Origin: Tubiluchus corallicola
Taxonomy: Eukaryota; Animalia; Priapulida
Reading direction: 5' to 3'
Length of the DNA: 64,000 nucleotides
NCBI GenBank assembly: GCA_030141605.1
Contig: JAQGDQ010000234.1
Span: forward strand, 124,001-188,000
Within the stretch, counting starts at the first letter, position 1; every line of letters starts with the position of its first letter. Shown here in pieces: positions 40,301 to 53,600 of this stretch. The notes under the pieces were generated by a model. That model ran no database searches. It was not told the origin of the DNA and saw only the letters and a program-made list of their open reading frames with translations. The translations under genes were made by a program, and so were the position numbers.

Positions 40301-42087
40301 TGATGAAATTTTTGTAATGATACAATCACATCACGTTTTTCACATGCTTTTAAAAGGCAGTATTTTCTACATAGACTAATTTATTTCAGTTGCAGTTTGG
40401 AGTAATGCTAATGTCGCAGGAACAAGACTAGCAAATCTGAATCCCAATCTAGGCACAGAAGAAGATTCTGAAGACTGGGAGGGTCTGCATAGAAAAGTAG
40501 TGAATAGGTTTGCATCTCCATTCTCCAGTATTTTAGTTATAATTATTAATCCGTGTAAACAAAATTTAAGTTGGGAACAATGCATAATTAAAACCAACTT
40601 AAATGCACAAGATCATTGTCCATATTTGCAGATGTTTTTAAGAATTATTTAGTCAGTTCTTATTTCCAGAATTATGGAGTCTGTTTTAGAGTCATGTAGC
40701 AATTGCCTAGTTATTGTTTCGGTATTCATTGAAGTTTTTGTTGTTATTTCAGTGCCTATGAAATCATCAAGTTAAAAGGTTATACATCTTGGGGTATTGG
40801 TGTGAGTGTTTCAACACTGTGTTCGTCAGTACTTCGCAACACCCACAATGTCTATGCTGTTTCCTGTTTTGTAAAGGTACTGTATAATTGCATACATGTA
40901 ATTATTGATAACATTTATGAAAAATAAGTCACTTTCAAGTTAAAGAGATATAATTTTTTTACAGGTGCCACCAAATTAAAGTAGTGAGACAGCTCCTGAA
41001 TACTTTATACAGGGACCTTGCTTGGTCATGCAAGCTTGTAGAAAGCCTAATAATTTCTCAAGTGAGAGAGAAATCACATTATGTATTCACGTATACATGC
41101 ACTTTTCAGTTTGTTCATTATAAAGTACTTATTTGCTAAATATTTGTGTGTAGTTTTGCAGTTATATAACTATATTTTCACGATATTGAAATTATGCTAC
41201 ATTTGTGCTATTGCGTCAATCATTATCTGTTTTTTCGATAATACTTTTAACACTTATGTAATTTTCATACATTTTCAAGCAGATGGCTAGATAGCAACAG
41301 CTCCTTCACCTTTGCCACAATGATTCCTATTGCTGAAATATGCTGATTAATATAACAAAAACATTAGTTTTCTGGAGATTGTGAAAATTTGCACCCAAGA
41401 TACAAAGACATTTGTAGCCAGACAGCATCTTTAATGCTGCAGGCAAAGCTGGGGTGTTAATGATACCAGAGGGCTGCAAATGAAAATCCGGGGACATTTT
41501 TCATGATGCTTGCAGAAACTGGTGGTGTTACTATTATTATAAATACTAATTAATTTAATTTAAAGCAGGATAGCTTTTTCTTTTGTGGAAAATGTTTCTC
41601 TTTCTCTCTCTTTTATGTAATTATATTTTAGGTGTCATTTACCATAAATTCGTTGCAGTTAACGCCATTAGAATTGGTAATTTTTTTGCTACTTTCCCCT
41701 GTCTTTTTCAGTAGTATCGTTTTTGGCTGGTTACTAATGACGACATCAGACTGTTCATAGTCATTTGAAACCTTGTCATTCTCATTTCTGACTGCCTTTG
41801 TTTAAAAAAGCTTGCATTCTGAATATTAATGGCAAGGGAATGCCCCTCATATTTGTTATACTTCTTGTTCATATAGGTCACATTGAAAATAAGTTCTTAT
41901 ATATTATAACAAATTATTTTAGGGATTGCACGGGATAGAACAAGATGTGTGCCTAAGTTTACCCTGCGTACTAGGAGAAACAGGTATCACTGATATCATG
42001 CTACAGCTTTTAGCAGACGATGAAACAGCAAAACTACGCATCAGTGCCAAACTTATGCATGACACTATCATGACTATACAATGGTAA
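37355..42087 (+). CDS. LDH: L-lactate dehydrogenase, 339 aa, 7 coding exons
   Basis: Exons 37355-37501, 38197-38314, 38563-38673, 39640-39876, 40390-40507, 40753-40876, 41923-42087 join in frame. Motifs: [10 protein letters not shown] (Rossmann fold), [15 protein letters not shown] (Gln specificity residue of LDH), [32 protein letters not shown]. An acceptor-like TAG just before the ATG suggests an upstream non-coding exon. Confidence 0.97.
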
Positions 42088-44699
42088 TACTTTTGAATTA
42101 TTTCTGTTTGGAGTTGCTGCGTGTACTTACCTGCCAGATGCAGAATTCATTTATTACCATTATGAATTTTAATGAAAATGCTGCAATACTCTTCATAGTT
42201 TTTACCAAGGGAACTATAATAATTACATATAGTTGTAACTACAAAGTTTTACAAGGTACATCGTAGCTGTAGCAGAAATAGCCGTGCATTTTTGGAATGA
42301 AATTTTCAGTTTCAAAAGAATTTTTAGTAATTTTCCTGAAATGTAAGCTCCATGTGGTTTAATATTAATTAATTAATGCATTCGACAAGGCATTGCTTCA
42401 AAGAGGTATGATTTATCTGTGCAGTAATGATTGTGTTCTGTGCCGTGCAGTGCATGTCTTTGTAAACAAAGATTACATTTAACATACAAAAAAGGTAACT
42501 AACCAGTTTAAATATTATTGGTCTTCCATGCAGTGGACATTCCAAAAAAAGCATTCCAATTTAACATTTTACTAACAAAAAATTATTAATCAAAATATGT
42601 CAGATTCATTTAATTTTACAAACAATATCATTAATGTCAAATTGAAGAAGAGAAAGTACAAACAGAAATCTTACGGAGTGTACATTTGAAATTGTAAGTG
42701 ATGGTCAGTTGGTCACAGTAACCCAAACATTAGTTACTGAAAGTTGCCAAATAGTAACTACATTGTCTATTGCAAACTGAAGCAAACTAAAATGCTCCTA
42801 AACTTATAACACTAAATGCAAACTGAATGTTCAATGAAGGTCATGCTTCTAAAATGTCTGAACTGCTATCCTAGTATTTTAAGATCTCAAACTCCCAGGA
42901 ATGGTGTTGCACTATGATAATTTTAGTGTTTCTTTTGGCAATGGTATATCACTGTGGTAATTGTGAGTCATTATAAACGTTTGCAAATTTAAGTATATGT
43001 TTAATTGGCTTTTTTTTCAATTTGGTACTATTGACATTGCTGTTATAACAAAAATGAGTTTTGTCTTCAATTGTCTCACAATTATGTTGTTAATAGAATA
43101 TTAATGTGGTGGAATTAGCTGCCTAGATTTGAATATTAGAAGGGGGAAGTAGAAACTATCGTTGTACGACATTAAATTTATAAAAACATTTTCTTATTAC
43201 TCTTTATATTTAGAAGCTATGAAATGCATCAATAGAGTTTGTTGTTGGCACTTTGACAGTTGTTTAACTAAGAAAGTTTTAGCATATTCCTTGCTCAGTT
43301 TGCAAGGAAGAAGTTGTTTAATCAACTTATATACTAGTTTTCTTAATTCAGGATTTTTATAAGGCATTTAATTTTTATATAATATAATTTTTATGTTAAA
43401 CAATTATTCAGAAATTACCTATTTATACATTTAGTTATACAGCAACCATGATATAGTTTATATGGTTGTATTTTATAATTAGAACACTGTGAAGTGAAAT
43501 ATTTTAGCTTTGATTGTCCATTCATGCTAACTGGTTATAAGTAAATGTATATTAAATTATTAATGAATGAATCAGGAATGAACTTATTAATTAATAAATA
43601 TATATACGTTGTTTTAACATGTGTCTTCACAACAGATATACGATTTCATTAATTCTAATTGCAATTACAAACTACAGAAGCTTTAATCATTGTTAGATAC
43701 GTTTCCTGTATTGTGTAGATACAGGTTTTCTGTAAACGATTTAAGTAAAGTGATTTAAATGACCACGGGACAAATTATGTTCTATATTATGCAGTTTTAT
43801 CAATAAAACAAAATAAAGACTAAACTTAAAACAAAATATTTTTATTGCTTCATTGTACTTCATATTTATCACAAAATAAGGTTGCATGCACAAAATTACT
43901 CTAGAGGTAATGTAAAAAATTTGTTGATTTAGTTACTGAACATTGCAGTTAAAAAATCAAATATATGTGTTATCAAAAAATCAAATATATGTGTTATCTT
44001 TTATCTTAAATCGTATCACAATTGTACTGGTTTTCTTATTTTTGAAGGTACATTTCCTGCAGAGTAGTAGTTCATAATTATAATAATTACTAGAATACTG
44101 CAAGAGCTATAATAGCACCACAGACTTCCATACAATATATGCAATATATGTAATTGTAAATCATAAATGAAAATCATTAGCATATTTCAAGGTGAATAAT
44201 AATATGATCAGTTCAAAAGAATCACGAATATACATAATCAATACAAACTGCATGACTATTAACATCCTACCTGTATTTTTTTACTTTCAGCTATCCAATA
44301 AAGTATTTGAATATAATACTGTCAATAACTAACGAGACAGTGCAAAATTAAAAGTAGCATTTGTGATTAATATAGTAAACATACTGTACTACATTATTTT
44401 ATTTTAGCCACCATACCAGCATACAAAATACAAGTGTTTCACAAATATTTACTGCTTTCAGCTTCGTGAACACTATTTAAGCGCACACACCAAGGCAGTG
44501 ACTCTGACCATAAAGTTGTGCATAATCATGTCAGAAACTTTTTAAGGCAAATAATCATCAATGGTATAGGCTTCAAAATACCACCGATGAACCCGTCAAA
44601 TGATTCAGTTCATGATGCATCAGTAAAAATAAAAAATCGGAACAAAAGATTTGAAAGGACATACATAACACAGAAGAAGAAATAACTGGCACTTGTTTC

Positions 44700-47600
44700 T
44701 TAGTCTGGTAACAATTCAACATAGTTGGCTGGAAATAAGCCCACCTTACCATGACACTCCCCTCTCCACCAACCAGCATCAATCTAAAAATTTAAAGACT
44801 AAGATCAGCATAAGATCAAAGATTTCATTAATGCAGTAATCTTTGGTCAATTGCAGTTGTAAATTATTATCACCCGAGCTTTAATTTCTTAATAAACAAT
44901 TCTCTGTTAAAATAGTAACATTTAATAGCGACCGTGTTTGTTAAAAAGCTTCGCTACTCTGCATTCTGCACAGACATAATTTCAAAGCTATTTATTCTGG
45001 CTAACGTTTACAATTCTCCATACACAAGAAATTAGTTCATGAAGCGGATTAGGGTTAGGGTAGGGGTTGGTTTAGAGTTAGGGTTAAGCTTAGTACATTT
45101 AAATTGTGTGGGGAATTGTAAACTCCTTCCGTTATTTTTTACTTCATATGAGAAAATTCACCAATGTTAAATTTTCAGTAACACAATTGTCGACACAGTT
45201 TATTATACTACATTTAAATTGTGTGGGGAATTGTAAACTCCTTCCGTTATTTTTTACTTCATATGAGAAAATTCACCAATCTTAAATTTTCAGTAACACA
45301 ATTGTCGACACAGTTTATTATACATTATTATTATTGTTGACACAGTTTATTATACATTAGCTACACAATTAGCTTGCTACAGCAGAAAGTCCTTCACATT
45401 ACAAATGTGTCATGAAAATCACACAGTACTATGACAAGAAACAGATAGACTACTAGGTTTCCTTGCATAGCAAAAGCTGATTATAAAATGTGAACAGGAA
45501 ACAGTAAGACTCATACATGGAGTGAGTAGAGCAAGTAACATCATTCGGTAAGAATATGATATAGCCATTACCCGATTTATAAAATGAGAGGCTTTTGCCA
45601 TTTTTGAAAAAAAAATGACTTGCAAAAAAAGAGTGTACTTTTTGCTAATAGAAATCTTAAACATTTACCTGTTCAATATTTAAGATGATATCTTCAGGAT
45701 CAAATGTTAATTCATCATCATCAGCTGCCTGGTAATCATAGATGGCGACGGCACGCAAACCAATTTCTAAGCACGAAAAAATACTCTACATTACAAGAAA
45801 TGAACACAAAAAATTTCCCACCATTAAACTTGCAAAGCTGATACATAAATGGACATATGGGATGATAAACAAATAATGTAATAACACTTTACAATCTGCA
45901 TCCCAGAATTAGGCAAGACTTGATGAAGATTACGAAAATATTTTCAATTAGAAAGTCGATTATAAAAGGGAAATCTGCAGCATCCATCAATCTGTAATTA
46001 TGATGGTAATTATAAAAAAGATGAAAAATGAAAGACAAACGGTACAAAAGAGTCTAAGGAAAAAGAAAAATTTAAAATTATTTAACACTCAATGATGAAA
46101 TCAATGAACAATGCAAGTTGTATAACGTTTGTATATCATCTAGTCTTCACAAAAGTAACAGGCATTCAAAGCATGTTATCATAACTGCAGATGCTGCATA
46201 TAAATTGAAGCATTGTAAAAAAAATAAAAAAAAAATCGGGCACTTAAATCTAGAGAGTTTTCTGAATGCAGTAAATCTTCATAATTACCTGGCGTATTCG
46301 CGTATAAACTTTCGTCCTGTTCTTGTGGATTTTCGTACTCATTTTGATCCTGCGTATCAATATTTTCATAGATTTCATCACCAGGTACCTTAGAAAGTGC
46401 CAACATCACAAAGTAAGTGGAATTATAGTATTAAATTATCTTAAAATTCAGTAATCAGTATTCAGAAGTATTCAGAGAAAACAGAATCTGACATGTTTCG
46501 GAAAAAATTACGAGAATTTCAACTCGTACACAGCAAAACAAGGTGACTGAAGTAAAACATAAGATTCTTGATGCCAGTCAAAAATTCCTGTACATTAATG
46601 ATTAAATTATACCACTTGAGATATATATCAATAATTATTTCAAAAGCCATTTCTGTTGCAATTATAAATTGTAGCCCTTGCATCATTCCCATATAGGAGA
46701 ATATAGATAATAAGTTGTTTAAACTAGCCAATAATTTGTTTATTCCAGACTTGGGACATGACAAAAGACAAACAAAATCTAACGTGACAACTATCAACAA
46801 CTAAGCTAGTTAGATAACAAGGTGCACTTTTTATGTAATCAATATTCTTTTGTGAAGTTTTCCAAAAGAAGTGGCTAAATCTACGAAAATAATAATTGCA
46901 CTTTCAGTAAATAAAACTTACAGTGTCATATCTGTCGTCTGACTGCTCTACGTCAGTTTGTCTTCTTTGTTGTTGATCTTCTTCCTCACGTTTTCTTTGT
47001 TCTTCCTCTTCAGCCTTCTGTTTGCGCTTCATTTCGTGTTCATCCCTCAACTTTGTCTGTCTTTCCTAAAATATATTGGACGTCATTTGCAGAAATACAC
47101 ATTTCAGTATTGTAATGACTTTAAAATTAGCAAACAAATCGTTTTGGTACTAAACTAGCAGATGGAAGAAAACTTAAGCTAAAATTCTAAAATACTGTAA
47201 TTAACTGGCAATAAATTATACCATTTCTTTCTTTTTTTGTTCCTCTGCTTCGCGCTTATCTCTTTCTGCTCTTCTCTTCTGTTCATCTTCTAGATGTCGT
47301 TTAGCTTCCTTGAAGAAAAGTAACAATACCAAAATTTACATTCCACCAGTGCAGAGCATACAGTTTTGATACTGTATTTAGCAATATAAATGTGTTGTGT
47401 CAGTTGTATTTATAAAAATAACTACACTGTGTGAAAGTCTCAAAAGTTCACAGGCATTTTGGAATTTCCACGATGAAGCAAAGACTGTAATGCAAGCATT
47501 TGAACTTTCAGGAATTCTGACTGGAAATCTGCCATTTTTACTGTGCTAGATCATAAAATTTTTGAAAAAGTACTGCATTCCTGGTGTAAAGTTTAAAACC

Positions 47601-50600
47601 AAGCCTGTGTCAGATAAATGATGATAAAAATACCTCCTCTTCCTGCCTGGCACGGTTTTCGAATTGACTTCGCAGGTTACTCGCCCTCTGAGTTCCTTCT
47701 GGAATTTCTGGACGAGTTCGCTGGTAGCTAGGAGACAACGGCTCAACAGCATCATAACTGTAAGCTGCCTGAATTGAAATAAAACATTCTTGCAATTATA
47801 ATAATGGCAACCATGGATAATGACTATGACATAGATACACTTATGACAATGTATATGCATGCGTACATGGTCATACGACAGCAGTCTAAAGAAAAAAAAT
47901 AACAAACTGGTCAGAATGTTCAGAACCAGGTACAAAGTGGAAAATCCCTAAGAACAAAGTTTTGTGTTCCTGTAGCTGCTTGCCTATTATAAACTTTTAA
48001 TCGGCTAACTGAAACAAAATTAACATCGTTTCAAATAACTTCTAAAACTGATGAACAAACTTTGACAAACCAATATCTTCTTGTCTGTATACAATTTTGT
48101 AAAAAGTGCTATGTTTGCTTTTTAGCTGTTTTAGTTAATATTAATTAACAATAACTTTCAATTTTAGTCAACAACGTGTAGTCGCACAAGGTTTTCAAAA
48201 ACTAATATACTGAATATTCAAAATGTATTCAAAAAGTGATTAAGCACGCCAGAGTAATAAAACAAATAACAGAAACAGACAAAGAAAAAGCAAAATTAGG
48301 ATTACTTTATCTGTTGCAGCTTCAACTCCATATTTTCCTCCAAATCCCTTTTTATGGTCAACCTGCGATGGATGATCTTCGTGTTTAGACACATCGTCCC
48401 AACCAGCAGCAGATTTGTCTACTCTATCAGTCTGGACACCATATTTGCCACCAAATCCCTTAGAATAGTCTAAAAATGAAAAAAAAACAAATAAGGAAGA
48501 TATTATAAGTAAACACAATTTGTACTGTCACGTATATTTTGTAACATAAGAACCATGAAATTTAATAGCTATAATTAAGTTGTCATGGTCACTGTCATTG
48601 TCAATTACTGGAACTGCCAGTCACCTTTAACACCAAAAGTTTAATATGTGCGATTTGACCTTAACTGCACAAAAATATAATAACAAGCAAACTTGGTTGC
48701 AGTGAAATAATAAAGTTACATGTACTATTTTTAAAATTTAGTCCAACACAAATTTTGACAATGAAGAAGAAAAAGAGATATTGTGCATACAGACTACAAA
48801 CTTTATTATTCATGAGAAAATGAAGCTGGTGACATAAGGCAAACAAACATAAATAAGAACTTCTGACGTTCAGAATGTGCAAACACGTCTATCAAATGAA
48901 TACAATACAAATAACCTACATATAAATTACACAATTTGTAAGAATAACAAAATTATTATAATCTTCAGTTACTATTATTATTACTACAGCGTAACATACA
49001 AATGGTAGCTGCCCAGTTAAAAGGTTAGTTCTCATTCTAAAGCTAAATGTTAAAATGCGTCTAGTTCTCAGAATCACAAGTCCTCAAACGTTAGTAGTCA
49101 CAAATAACCTTTAAGCATTATGAATGCAAATGCATCGTGTGAATATCAACTAAACAAAACAAGAAGCTAATGTCATATCAATACTAAAACAAATAAACTT
49201 GTAACTACTTAAGCACAGCAAAATAAATTTTAAATGGCGCGTGGTTAATTAGCTAAACTTAGTGAGTGCACACCCAAAAATAATAAAACTTACTAAACCA
49301 TATTAAATAACATTAAATTTATGTATTAGTCTAGTATAATTTCCATCATGATTGTTAACAAACCCACTCACAAATGGCAAGAACACACCAGTGCTGCATG
49401 ACTTTTAGAAGATGAATGGCATTAAAGTTCTTAGATTACACAAGTTTATACCAATAAGTTTTTAAGCACATAAATTTAAATTTAATCTTAAATTCTTAAT
49501 TATTGTAAATTAGACAAAACAAATTAACGAACTCTTTCTAATAAGCCTTTGTAACTAGTTATAAAAGCACTTTAAACTGCATTTGCTGTCGTTTTAATCT
49601 AATAAAAATATTGCAATGTTAAATGATTTAATTATTCGGTGTAAAGCTCAGTGTAAATTTACAGCTGAAAAAAGCTTCATCAAAATCAAAAAAATGCTTA
49701 TTATAACAAGCAAACAGTCAAATATCCTCTGCTGTACTATTAATCTGATCAGTCATTGTGTAACTGTTTAAATATGAATTAATGAGGTTAACAAATTTAA
49801 CAGTTGCGACAAAAAATTGAAAAGCTGGTGATGTAACAGTACTTTTATAAATTTGTAGCAATAAACTCTACTGCATTTCGTAATGGTAGAAACTGAAACA
49901 GAATTTTTAATCTGTTATTCAAAACTTTGTGTATGAAAGCGCAGCCAGTGTTTCATGTTGTTAATACCTAAAAGAAAGAGGCATTATCCATTATCAAATA
50001 CAGAATTTGCTTTAAAAGTTATTATGAAATCAAAGCTAAAACACTTTTGAAACATTATGACGCTTAGGAAAAGGCAGATCTAATTTGTGTTTTTTATTTA
50101 TTTCATCATTTTATTTCAGCAGTTACTTTTTAATCTTTCAAAACTAATCATTAACTATTATCTGACTTATGAATCATATGACTCATTTTTTAAAATTTTG
50201 TTTTGCTCGCGCTATTACCTTATTTCCCATTTACAGTTATTGGTTAACAATTTTACAGTAGTTTTGCCACAAAGCTTTCAAATTCTCTCTCATACATTCC
50301 TAACATCCCTTACAGCATAGTTTGCATGAAACACACAGTCACGTGGCATCCTTTTACGATCTGTTTGCTGCAAAAAGTATTAATGAATGATACTGAAAAG
50401 TAATTTAGACATAAATTTATACTTATATATTTAGCTACATCGGAAAAAATAATGAATCCTTCAAACATTTGACATTTCTATTATTTTGTATTAGAGACGA
50501 CAAAAGAGGTATCAATGGTCACAATACTACGAAGTAATGGTATCTGCCTACCTACATCATATAACCCTGTTGACCACTCAGAATATTGTGACATAAACTT

Positions 50601-53600
50601 TATTATTCTACATAAAAGGTAATTAGAACTGCAGCTAAAAATTAAAGTTTAGATTTAAATATACATTTGAAAAATGAAAATATGTTTATTCACAAAAACC
50701 ACCTCTTTATCTGAAATACATTAATAATAACTCATTGGTTTGAATTTTTGTAATCCAAGAACAATAATGCGCTTGTCACAACTAGATCAGTAACCCAAAT
50801 TGGCTGTTTCATAAAATACCTGTCTGTGACTCATGCTTATCAATTTTTTCTTGATAGTCCCAGCCCACAGCTGATTTGTCTACTCTGTCTGCTTGTATAC
50901 CGTACTTTCCACCAAAACCCTTCGAATAATCTAACAGGATTAACAAAATTTAAGCAAACTACACAATTAAGCAATCTACATATAAGCTTCCTCTAACTAG
51001 TCATAATGAAAACTGCCTCTAAATTTTTACATGTTTGTAAAAGAAGAGTTAAGTACACATTACGCACTGCATTGCATAAAACACATAACATGTAAATTCT
51101 AACCTTTCTGTGACTCATGCTGCTGCAGTTTTTCGTGATGTTCCCAGCCCACCGCTGACTTATCAACACGATCCGTTTGTACACCATATTTTCCACCAAA
51201 TCCAGCTGAATAATCTGTAAAAAATGTCTTTCTACTATAAGATGTAAACAACAGCTTGACAACAAGTAAGCAGGAAAATACATACGCAGTAACATATACA
51301 TTCAGCATTGGTTAATGCCGTCCCTGGCATGATGGTAAACTCTTTCATATGTGCACAGCTAGAACCTCAATATTGTGTATAAATGCTTACAAAGGCATAA
51401 ATGCTAAAGCAAAGTCGTAACAAGGTAGAACAACCGATGGAAACATCCATAAAGACAACAAATTACTACATCATATAAGTATAAACAATATTCAGCTTAA
51501 AAATTAAATAATACCTGTCGGTCAACTCGGTTTATCAAATCAAACATCTTAAAATCGAAACTTGTCAAATTTACTTGATTTCAATTTGTTAGCCTAGGTA
51601 TACTAACTTGCTTTTCCTTTTCACTCAAAGCCAGGTGTTTTTTTTATTAAGCAAACACTTTATGATCTTTCATACTTTGCTTAACACTTGCTGTACTTAT
51701 ATTCATCAAAATTTCTCGGTTGGAAAAGTGCTAAATAAAAGTTCCTCTTTTTTATTACAACACGAATCAATTTTAAAATTAAATTTGGGAAAATGAATTT
51801 ATTAAATCAATTGATCTGAATTTGATTCGCAAATGATGTCTGTTACAATTTGCTACGAGTATGATTACAAACCCTTCTGTGACTCATGCTGTTGCAATTT
51901 TTCATGGTGTTCCCAACCCACTGCCGATTTGTCCACACGATCAGTTTGTACACCATATTTTCCACCGAAACCAGCAGAATAATCTAAAAGTTAAAGTTAT
52001 TTATTTATAAAACAGATTAAAAAATTAAGTGAGATACAGTCATGAATTACAAAAGTGATATAAAAATATCAAAAATAGCTTGTTGAACTAGAAAATTACA
52101 AGTGCTGCTTTTTAATAATGAAAGAAATAGTATGTACAGTATTCAGAGTTTTGTAGAACAAAGACAAACATGGAACATATAGATCAAACAATAATATATT
52201 TTTCTAATCGCATTTTCGAAATGTGTTTCCTCTTCAGCGGTTGCTTATGAAAGATAAGCCATTATTGGAGTTTTTGAAGTTTATAATATATGATTGAAGT
52301 TTTTGCTCAGGACAAGCAACATCTAACTATTAAATTTAATAAAGACAAACCCATCAATCTGTAATTATTTCCAACCATGATGGGCACAAAATATTAAAAC
52401 TCATCAAACAGTTGATGATCCAAAATGTTAGGTGTATAAGTATGATCATTATAACTTACAAACACTTTTGGCACATTAGGTAAATGCAATAACACAGACT
52501 GGTTTATTGTGTTAAGCATCTCACTTAATTATCAATATGTCTTACCTTTTTGCGATTCATGCTGTTGGAGTTTTTCGTGATAATCCCAACCAACTGCTGA
52601 CTTATCAACTTTGTCTTTTTCGACTCCGTACTTCCCTCCAAAGCCTTTCGAATAATCTATGAAAATTCATAATTAGCAAATATTATTTTCAATAAAAATC
52701 TATTACACAATTACAATAATTCAGCAATTACATAATTAAAATAGATAAACTTTAATAACAATAAAATAAAAGTACAAAAACTGACAAAGTAAACTGACAA
52801 TAAAAAGAATTTGACAACAAAAGAACATTAAGTACATAGTTAATCGAACGTGAAGAGAGTATGCAGTGAATCCACCTAACCTATAGGCAAGAGGGTTATA
52901 AAAGTTTGGAAATTAAAAGGAAGACTGCTGCTTTTATATTGATTACTAAATGACTATAGTCCCTTTCATGAATCTGTCAATCATCAGTGCCTAACAGCTA
53001 AACACAGGAAATAATTAATGTCCAATACATAACTGGAGACTAGCATGGCCAATGAAAACAGAAAATAAAATGTATTAAAAAATGAAAAATTATGCTGTAA
53101 ATTAATGATTCAGACAGATAAACAATTAATTTTGCAAACAAGATTAACCATGCAGTAAGTCTTAAGATCATTATAGCTTTGCTAACACCTTTCTGTGACT
53201 CATGTTGTTCAACTTTTTCTTTATGATCCCATCCAACAGCTGCCCGATCCATTTTCTCCTTCTCCACTCCATATTTTCCACCAAATCCAGTAGAATAGTC
53301 TGGAGTGGATAAATAACAAACATGCAAACTAATTTGTTACAGTCATGCATAATAAATAAACCGGATTTAAACAAAGTTAAATAACAATCAGTCAAGAAAT
53401 AGTTCAACTGCGATCAAGACAATCAAAGGCATAGCTATGAACTCAGACAAAAAAGATTATTTGCAATAATATTCTGGTTTAGCCATAGATTTAACAGCCA
53501 CATGTGTACAGAATTCAAATCTGTTGGTTTAGGATAAACATCACAAGTTCCAGTTTTCCCAACATAAATGATACTTGCACAAAGAGCGACTGAGTACTGG

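Noticed and set aside
42085-42100. LDH stop-codon readthrough to a peroxisomal isoform, as in vertebrate LDHB
   Set aside because: The stop is TAA TAC TTT TGA: no TGA-CTAG context and no SKL-type extension.
50340-50380. Possible microexon in the long cortactin intron (TTTTTGCAG|CAAACAGATC|GTAAAA, minus strand)
   Set aside because: Ten nt would break the frame, and the alternative 18-nt reading has weak splice sites; unsupported without RNA data.
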